From Myxococcota bacterium (GTDB taxonomy: Bacteria > Myxococcota_A > UBA796 > UBA9615 > JAKLKC01), in the NCBI GenBank assembly GCA_023150875.1, contig JAKLKC010000012.1, forward strand, positions 5,565-69,564: DNA of 64,000 bases. The letters are read 5' to 3'. This document shows, one piece after another, positions 57,626-64,000 of the stretch (positions are counted from its first letter, which is position 1; each line of letters starts with the position of its first letter). The translations under genes and the position numbers were made by a program. The notes beneath the pieces are model-generated. The model was not told the DNA's origin, searched no databases, and was given only the letters and a program-made list of their open reading frames with translations.

Positions 57626-57786
57626 TGACCACGTGCCCGAACTGTGGTCAGCTCGCCTGACCACGCCGTTGACCGCGCCGTGCCAGCCCGTTGACCGCGC
57701 GCTGACCCCGCTCCGCCCCGCCGCCGACCACGCCCCGAGGGGTCGCTGACCACGTCCGGGAGCCTCCGCCGCGTCCATGTGGTCAG
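57626..57786. promoter_or_regulatory. array of GCTGACCAC[AG] repeats (3 direct, 2 inverted) plus 2x GTTGACCGCGC
   Basis: CTGACCACG at 57625, 57657, 57746; inverted GTGGTCAGC at 57644 and 57780; between BREX operon 5' end and recombinase gene. Confidence 0.4.
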
Positions 57787-58312
57787 CGGATCTGCTGGCC
57801 CGGCGCGGGGTTGGCTGGCTACCGTCAGAGGCAACGACGGGCGCTGGATCCACCCCGGGCCCTCGTTGTCCCTGGACCGTCGGCGCAGCCAACTGCGCGC
57901 CGCCGGTCGGAGGCGAGATGATGCCCGCCGCCGCCGACGCGCCCGCCATCTCCGACGGCACCCCGCGCCCGTTCGGGGGCAATGATCCCGACGACGGCGC
58001 ATTGACGTGGCCCGTCGCGGCGGCCGTCGGCGCCTGCCCGTCCTGCGATCTGACGGCGCCGGACGCTGCCAACGGTGCCGTCGGCGTCGGCATGGGACCG
58101 AACAGCGGCCAGGCGGCATGCACCGTTCGCGGCACCCGTCCTCGCGTCCCGACGGTGGGTCTCCGCCTGACCGCGACGGGGCCCCCCTCGTTCCGGGCGT
58201 GGGCGTCCTGCCTGACCCTCGGCGACCTGGAGGACGTGCTGCGGAAGGCGGTCGCGTAGGCGGCGACGTTACGTCAAGTTCTCGGCGTCCCACCCCATCT
58301 GGAGCCTCCGCC

Positions 58313-60082
58313 ATGCCCATCGTCGGAGCCGCCTACCTGCGGTGCAGCGACCCCCGCCAGGACAAGAGCATCGAGCAGCAGCGAGAGGAGATCCTCCGCC
58401 GCGCCGAGGCCGACGGCGTCGTGATCCCGCCCGAGAACTGGTTCGTGGACGAGGGCCTCAGCGGGCGCTCGACACGGAAGCGCCGCGCCTATCTGGATCT
58501 CATCCGCGTGGCCGAGGTCCAGCGCGACGCCCGCACCGAAAAGCGCCGCGCCCAACCCCAGCGCATCGACCGGCTCTACGTCTGGGCCTTCAGTCGCCTC
58601 GCCCGCAACATGTTCGATGCCCTCCGCGCCTTGGCGGCACTCGACGAGGCCGACATCGACGTGGTCTCGCTCACCGAGCCCGATGCCGGGGATCGCTCCT
58701 TCCGGAAGCTGATCCGGCCAATCCTGGCATGGCTCGCCGAGAGGTACAGCGAGGAGTTGTCCCGCAACGTCCAGCGCGGCATGCGGTCCCAGGCCGAGCG
58801 GGGTTTCTGGCAGTACGGGAACCCGCCCTACGGTTACGCGCTCGAGGAGGGCCGGCTCGTCGTCACCGACGAGACCCGCGCCGACTTCGAGACCGTCCGG
58901 CGCGTCTTCGCGGTCTACCTCGAAGGCCGAGACGGGGCGAAGCGTCTCGCCGAGAGACTCACCGCCGAGAGCATCCGGCCGCCCTCGCGGCGCGATTGCC
59001 CGCGCGATCGGCTCGGCTACGCCTGGCGCCCCAAGCACGTCCTCCAGATCCTTCGAAACCCGGTGTACTGCGGCCACATCGTCCACGACGGCGAGGTCGT
59101 CGCCCGCGGGGTCCACGAGGCCGCGGTGTCCGACGAGGACTTCGCCCGGGTCGCGGCGCTCCGAAAGCTCAAGGAGCGCGTCAAGCTCGACGGAATCGGG
59201 AACGGCCACCACCCGATCCACATCGGCGAGCGCGGGCTGTTCACCCCCTGGCTCCGCTGCGGCTCCTGTAGCGGGCGCATCCGCGTCACCGTCGGCGGGC
59301 GCTCGGGGAAGGCCGACTACTTCTACTACTCATGCGCCTCCCGCGCCGAGAACAAGGCCACCTGTCCCGGCCTGTCCATCCGGACCGAGAAGCTGGACGA
59401 GGCGGTCCTCGCCTACATCCACGACCACGTCCTGTCCCCCGTCAACGTCCAGGCCCTCATCGATCGGTCCCTCGCCGATCTGGCCGAGCAGCCCGACGAC
59501 ATCGCCCAGCAGCGCGCCGCGATTGAAGCGACCATCGCCGAGCTGGACCGCCGTATCCGCCTCGTCGGCCACCAAGTCCTGGACGGCATCCTGGCCCCGT
59601 CCGACGCGAAGGCGCTCAACGCCCCGCTGCTCGCCCAGCGCGAGACCGCCCAGCTCCGGCTCGCCTCCCTGCCGCAGCGGCGCGAGTTGCCCACCGTCGT
59701 CGACTGCGACCGCTTCCGCGCGGCCGTGCTGGAGGCGTGGACGGCGAAGCCCCTCGACGACCGCCGCGCCGCGCTGGACCGTCTGCTCGACCGGATCACC
59801 CTCGGCGAAGCCGGCGCCCATATCGAGTACCGCGCGAAGGACGAGCCCCCCGCGTTTCGTCACCAAGCACCCGAAGGCCCGCCGTACACCCCCATGTCCG
59901 CGCGGGTGCCGTCGGGGTCGTTCCAGGTGGGATCGGGGTCGGCGGCGTCTCGGAGGGGGGAGGTGGGGCGGAGGTGCCAGTCGTCGTTGTCGGGGTCGCC
60001 GTCGGGAGTGGCGGTCACGAAGGCGGGGTCCACCGAGAGGTTGCCGTCGGTGCCCGTCCAGGGGCGGATGGCGCCGTCGTAG
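58313..60082 (+). CDS. large serine recombinase (integrase)
   Basis: 'AAYLRCSDPRQ' catalytic Ser region, 'VWAFSRLARN', recombinase domain, zinc ribbon 'CGSCSGR...CASRAENKATC', coiled-coil; ORF reads through the repeat so true C-terminus is uncertain. Confidence 0.8.
   Translation: MPIVGAAYLRCSDPRQDKSIEQQREEILRRAEADGVVIPPENWFVDEGLSGRSTRKRRAYLDLIRVAEVQRDARTEKRRAQPQRIDRLYVWAFSRLARNMFDALRALAALDEADIDVVSLTEPDAGDRSFRKLIRPILAWLAERYSEELSRNVQRGMRSQAERGFWQYGNPPYGYALEEGRLVVTDETRADFETVRRVFAVYLEGRDGAKRLAERLTAESIRPPSRRDCPRDRLGYAWRPKHVLQILRNPVYCGHIVHDGEVVARGVHEAAVSDEDFARVAALRKLKERVKLDGIGNGHHPIHIGERGLFTPWLRCGSCSGRIRVTVGGRSGKADYFYYSCASRAENKATCPGLSIRTEKLDEAVLAYIHDHVLSPVNVQALIDRSLADLAEQPDDIAQQRAAIEATIAELDRRIRLVGHQVLDGILAPSDAKALNAPLLAQRETAQLRLASLPQRRELPTVVDCDRFRAAVLEAWTAKPLDDRRAALDRLLDRITLGEAGAHIEYRAKDEPPAFRHQAPEGPPYTPMSARVPSGSFQVGSGSAASRRGEVGRRCQSSLSGSPSGVAVTKAGSTERLPSVPVQGRMAPS
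59823..59885. repeat. right copy of imperfect direct repeat (perfect core 59839-59875), putative attR
   Basis: See 17241..17303; covers the last 8 codons + stop of gene 59860..61527. Confidence 0.6.
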
Positions 60083-61527
60083 TCGGTGGGGTCGTTGTCG
60101 AAGACGTCGTTGAAGGCCACGGTGGAGAGGTCGTTGGTGCCGTAGATGCCCGCGCCGCCGGTGTTGCGCCACACGACGTTGCCCCGGAGATCGGGGGAGT
60201 TGCTGGCCCGCACCAGGACGCCGCCGCCCTGGCCGCCGGGGCAGTCGTTCCAGGCGATGACGTTGTGGAAGAGGGCCGGCGACGCCTCGCCCTCGTAGAA
60301 GGCGATCCCGCCGCCGAAGGCGTTGGCCTCGTTGGCCGCGATCACGTTGTTCTCCACCACCAGGGCCACCGAGTTGTGGACCTCGATCCCGCCGCCCTGG
60401 CCCCCCTGGGTGGCGTCCACGTCGTAGGCGGAGTTCCCGTAGATCACGTTGTGGACGATGTGGTCCGAGGAGCCGGCCAGCCAGATCCCGCCACCGTCCC
60501 CCGCCGTGTTGAAGCGGATGACGTTGCCCTCCACCAGGCAGGAGGAGGAGCGGACGAAGATCGCCCCGCCGTCGTTGCCCTCCTCCACTCCCCCCCAACC
60601 CGCGTCGTTGCCCTCGATGAGGTTCCCCAGGATCGAGGGCGCTCCCGAGCGGACGAAGATCGCCCCGCCCTGGGCGAAGTCGATGGCCGCGTTGGAGGAG
60701 ATCACGTTGCCCTCGATGACCGGCGAGGCGGAGTCGACGTGGATCCCGCCCCCCTCCACCGCCGCGCCGTTCGTCAGGGTGAAGCCGGAGATCTGCGAGG
60801 CCGAGCCCTCGCCGCTGGCGAAGGTGACGACCGAGCCCGCGCCCCCGCCGTCGATGAAGGTGTCCGGGGGGCCGGTCACCGCCTCCACCCGGACCGCCGC
60901 GCCCCGGAAGTCCACGTTCTCGTAGTAGGTCCCCTGGAAGACCCGCACCAGGGAGCATCCCACCGCGGCGGCGTGGTCCAATCCCCCCTGCACCGTCGCG
61001 AACGGGCGGGTGAGGGTGCCCTCGTAAGGAGCCGTGGCCACCTGGTTCACGTAGGTCGGGCAGTCGTCCAGGCAGTCCACCAGCCCGTCGCCGTCGTCGT
61101 CCCAACCCTCGTCCACCGCGCCGTCGCAGTCGTCGTCCACGGAGTTGCACTGCTCGCTCGCCGACGGATGGATGGAGGCGTCCGAGTCGTCGCAGTCGCC
61201 CCCCTCCAACGTCCAGCCGTCCCCGTCGTCGTCCGTGCCCGAGGGGGTGGTGTCGTCGTCCGTGGGGGCGGTGTCGTCGTCGGGCGTGGTGTCGTCGTCC
61301 GGCGGGGTGGTGTCGTCGTCGGGCGTGGTGTCGTCGTCGGGCGGCGTGGTGTCGTCGTCCCCCGCCGAGTCGTCGTCGGCGGGGGTGGTGTCGTCGTCCA
61401 CCGGCGCCGAGTCGTCGTCGGAGCCCCCACCGCCCAGCAGCGGGTCCTCGTCCCAGTCGGAGCACCCCCCGACCAGGAGGGCGAGCAGCGGCGGGAGGGC
61501 CGCCCGGACGTAGCGTGCAAGGTGCAT
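59860..61527 (-). CDS. putative lipoprotein with parallel beta-helix repeats and acidic DDDTTPP tandem repeat
   Basis: Signal/lipobox 'LLALLVGGCS'; repeated 'GGxIxVxxSSxxVxGNVI' beta-helix units; C-terminus ...GGPSGAW lies in the repeat. Confidence 0.65.
   Translation of the reverse strand: MHLARYVRAALPPLLALLVGGCSDWDEDPLLGGGGSDDDSAPVDDDTTPADDDSAGDDDTTPPDDDTTPDDDTTPPDDDTTPDDDTAPTDDDTTPSGTDDDGDGWTLEGGDCDDSDASIHPSASEQCNSVDDDCDGAVDEGWDDDGDGLVDCLDDCPTYVNQVATAPYEGTLTRPFATVQGGLDHAAAVGCSLVRVFQGTYYENVDFRGAAVRVEAVTGPPDTFIDGGGAGSVVTFASGEGSASQISGFTLTNGAAVEGGGIHVDSASPVIEGNVISSNAAIDFAQGGAIFVRSGAPSILGNLIEGNDAGWGGVEEGNDGGAIFVRSSSCLVEGNVIRFNTAGDGGGIWLAGSSDHIVHNVIYGNSAYDVDATQGGQGGGIEVHNSVALVVENNVIAANEANAFGGGIAFYEGEASPALFHNVIAWNDCPGGQGGGVLVRASNSPDLRGNVVWRNTGGAGIYGTNDLSTVAFNDVFDNDPTDYDGAIRPWTGTDGNLSVDPAFVTATPDGDPDNDDWHLRPTSPLRDAADPDPTWNDPDGTRADMGVYGGPSGAW
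61230..61440. repeat. in-frame tandem ~21-bp repeats (gtcgtcgtc-rich) encoding (DDDTTPP)n
   Basis: Visible periodic 'ggtggtgtcgtcgtcgggcg' units. Confidence 0.5.
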
Positions 61528-61549
61528 GATCCCGCGCCCCGCCACCGGC

Positions 61550-63463
61550 TCACGAGGCCAGCACGAAGTTGTTCAGGACGGCGACCAGCACCCCCATGAT
61601 GGACACGCCGGCGATGATGCCCGAGGCCAGGGGCACGAGGTAGGCGTCGGCGGTCTTGGGAGAGCCCTTCGACCAGAAGTGGGCCACCACGGCGCCCAGG
61701 AACATCGAGAGGGGGTACTGGAAGGGCAGGATCAGCCCGAGGCCGAGGCCCGTGGCCGAGGGCAGCCACTTGCGGGCCTTGGGGAGGAGCTGCTCCAGGG
61801 CCACCATCGCCGCTCCAAGCCCCAGGCCCCAGAAGATCGCCTGGCGGTGCATGGGGTGCATGTTGTCCAGGCCCAGCTTGAAGACCTCGGCGACCGCCTT
61901 CCACGCCTGCGCCGCCGGGGCGGGGAACGCCGGTGCCGATCCCCCGACTCCCGTGAGCACCGTCGCGTCGGGCACCAGCAGATAGAAGCCCGTGACCGTC
62001 GCCGCCGTCCCGGCGAAGATCCCCATGAACTGGGCGACGAACTGGCGGCGGGGGTTGGCGCCCAGCAGGTAGCCGCTCTTGAGGTCGTTGAGCAGGTCGG
62101 CGGCGGAGCCGGCCGAGCTCGCGGTGATCCCCGCGGTCATCAGGTTGGCGGTGGTCGACTGGGGGATCAGCACTCCGTAGGTGAGCTGCATGATCTTGCC
62201 CATCGCGCCCACGGGCGTGATGTCCGACTCGCCCGTCGCCCGGCAGGCCACCAGGGCCAGCAGGAACGTCAGCAGGACCGCCAGGACGCCGTAGTGCGCG
62301 GGCACGTCGAAGAACGCGAACGCCACGCCCACCACCGCCGCCCCCGCGATGACCGTGCCCCAGGCGAACCAGGACATCGGGACCTCGGTGCGGCGGACGA
62401 GGTCGCTGTCACCCCCCGCGCCGCCCGCTCCCCCCGCGAGCCCCCGGAAGGCGCGGGCGATGGTGCGCCACTGGAGCGCGAACGAGAGCAGCCCCGAGCT
62501 CACCATGATGGGCACGCCCAGCCACAGCCCGATCTCCTTCCACGCCTTCCAGGGCTCGGTGGCGGCGCGGACCTCCTGCCCCGTGGCGGCGCTGGTCCAC
62601 AGGGACTCGTAGGCCACGGGACCGGCGACGTACACGAGGAGCAGGCCGCCCAGCATCATGTAGATCGTCACCCTCAGCCCCACCAGGGCGCCGGCGGCGA
62701 TCATGATGGGGTTGTGGTCCAGGACCATGGTCCAGTGGGAGGGCTCGTTGGCCACGGCCTTCCCCCCCTCCAGGTGCGTCCCCCTGGCCGGCAGGCCCAC
62801 GAGGTCGAAGATCGGCGAGTCCGCGGGGAGCAGGGGGGCCCGGCCGTCGGCGGTCTTCCGGACCTGAAGGTCGATGAGGAGGGGGAACAGCGCACCGGCG
62901 AACCCCGACACCGCCAGCGCCCGGGCCTTCCGGATCGCCTCGCTCCCCTCGGAGTAGAGGGACTGGAGGGTCACCGCCGCCGCCGTCCCCGAAGGGAACT
63001 TCAGGCGCTCCTTGTTGATGAGGTTGCGCTTCATCGGGATAGCGAGCACCGTGCCCAGCGCCGCCAGGAAGACCGTCCACGCCGTGAGCACCGGCCAGGG
63101 CAGGTGCTGTCCCTGGGGGTGCTCCGGGGTGACCGACAGCATCAGCAGCGCCGCGATCGCCGAGATCATCGTGCCGCCCGTCGAGTAGCCCGCCGCCGAG
63201 GCCGTGGACTGCATGCAGTTGGTCTCGAGGATCGTCATGGGGGTCTTCGCCACCCCGATCCCCAGCAGCAGGTTCCAGATCCCGTAGGAGAGGATGCAGG
63301 CGGTGATGGCGACGCCGAGGCCCCACCCCGTCTTGAGGCCCACGTACAGGTTGGTGAAGGCGAGCAGGAATCCCAGGGCCGAGCCCATCAGCACGGCCCG
63401 GACCGTGAGCTGGGGCACGTCCTCGCCCCGGTAGATCCGGGCGTACCACTCCTCCTCGGTCAT
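61550..63463 (-). CDS. OPT-family oligopeptide transporter
   Basis: Multi-TM translation 'LTVRAVLMGSALGFLLAFTNLYVGLKTGWGLG' typical OPT N-terminus; start (MTEEEW vs upstream MPDRR at 63628) uncertain. Confidence 0.7.
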   Translation of the reverse strand: MTEEEWYARIYRGEDVPQLTVRAVLMGSALGFLLAFTNLYVGLKTGWGLGVAITACILSYGIWNLLLGIGVAKTPMTILETNCMQSTASAAGYSTGGTMISAIAALLMLSVTPEHPQGQHLPWPVLTAWTVFLAALGTVLAIPMKRNLINKERLKFPSGTAAAVTLQSLYSEGSEAIRKARALAVSGFAGALFPLLIDLQVRKTADGRAPLLPADSPIFDLVGLPARGTHLEGGKAVANEPSHWTMVLDHNPIMIAAGALVGLRVTIYMMLGGLLLVYVAGPVAYESLWTSAATGQEVRAATEPWKAWKEIGLWLGVPIMVSSGLLSFALQWRTIARAFRGLAGGAGGAGGDSDLVRRTEVPMSWFAWGTVIAGAAVVGVAFAFFDVPAHYGVLAVLLTFLLALVACRATGESDITPVGAMGKIMQLTYGVLIPQSTTANLMTAGITASSAGSAADLLNDLKSGYLLGANPRRQFVAQFMGIFAGTAATVTGFYLLVPDATVLTGVGGSAPAFPAPAAQAWKAVAEVFKLGLDNMHPMHRQAIFWGLGLGAAMVALEQLLPKARKWLPSATGLGLGLILPFQYPLSMFLGAVVAHFWSKGSPKTADAYLVPLASGIIAGVSIMGVLVAVLNNFVLAS

Positions 63464-63837
63464 CTCCAGGACCTGGTCGGGGGGAATGGCGAGGGGGCGG
63501 CTCCGCTCCACCTCGTCGGGGGTGGAGGGCGGGCGCTGGAACAGGGGCGCGGGCCGGGGCGGCGGGCCGGGCGCCCGGGAGGAGGCGGTGGCGACCTTCG
63601 GAGAGTGAGGGGGGCGGCGGTCGGGCATGGGGGGCTCCGGCGCGGCCGGGCGGGTCCGCGCTCGGTGGGGGTCAGTCTGGGGAGGGGATGATGCCGGAAC
63701 CGAAACGGAAAGGACACCGCGGGGCGGCGAAGCTTCCGTCCCGGGGCCTTCGGGGGACACCGCGGGGCGGGACGTACCGCCGGGGGCGCATCGGCCGGGT
63801 GGAGGGGCGGGAGGTGTCGGGCCCGGGCCTCGAGGAT

Positions 63838-64000
63838 CAGCCGTTACCGCGCTCGCTGTAGGTCCCGCCGTACTGCTCCCAGGTGGGGATCGACGGCCAG
63901 GCGCTCGAAGAGTCGGGCCTCTTGAAGTTGTTCTCCATGAACGTCTTCGCCAGGGCGGTCGCGGTGGCGCGGGCCTCGGCGAGGCTGGACGCGGAGATCC
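63838..64000 (-). CDS. 3' end of an unidentified gene (partial, runs off window)
   Basis: Open frame to window edge with stop at 63838-63840; not identifiable. Confidence 0.2.

Overview
This is a high-GC (~70%) window that looks like a deltaproteobacterial or myxobacterial chromosome. The ORF track is crowded with spurious Gly/Arg/Pro-rich frames, so I called genes only where the translation shows recognisable family signatures. All family assignments are by motif recall only; no database search was possible.

The left ~17 kb is ordinary chromosome: a Ser/Thr kinase, an SDR, tadA, two tRNA-Ser genes, dnaX-ybaB-recR, a TPR protein and PBP1A. It also holds a decayed tandem duplication of a nucleotidyltransferase (NTase)/AbiEii-like cassette.

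From ~17.26 kb to ~59.9 kb the sequence has the hallmarks of an integrated mobile island. An imperfect direct repeat (37-bp perfect core, ~63 bp with flanks) sits at both ends. A large serine recombinase gene reads into the right-hand copy. A vapBC pair sits just inside the left-hand copy. Pseudogene scars (PBP1A 3' fragments, a truncated Lhr helicase) lie near the left end. Several housekeeping-looking genes (thyX, an outer-membrane protein, a GT2, a GldAFG-like ABC transporter) lie between the repeats, so the island may be composite or its true limits may differ.

The right half of this region is a defense island. A prokaryotic viperin (pVip) lies next to an unknown 934-aa protein. A complete type-1 BREX locus follows, chained on the minus strand in the order [hypothetical]-brxA-brxB-brxC-pglX-...-pglZ-brxL. 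Most genes in this chain have start codons that overlap the preceding stop (brxB-brxC, pglX-brxC and pglZ-brxL are instead separated by short 4-46 nt gaps).

Two insertions sit between pglX and pglZ. One is a Septu-like ATPase+HNH pair. The other is an uncharacterised pair (a nucleotidyltransferase-like protein plus a 332-aa unknown), followed by a duplicated pglZ 5' remnant that marks a cassette-exchange scar. pglX also carries an in-frame ~1.3-kb lower-GC segment over its C-terminal and TRD part.

The best candidates for something undescribed are three unknown genes that are translationally coupled (start codon overlapping the upstream stop) into or beside the BREX chain: the 332-aa gene upstream of pglZ with its NTase-like partner, the 185-aa gene upstream of brxA, and the 934-aa pVip neighbour.

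To the right of the island are a β-helix lipoprotein gene whose 3' end lies inside the repeat (the probable integration target) and an OPT-family transporter.
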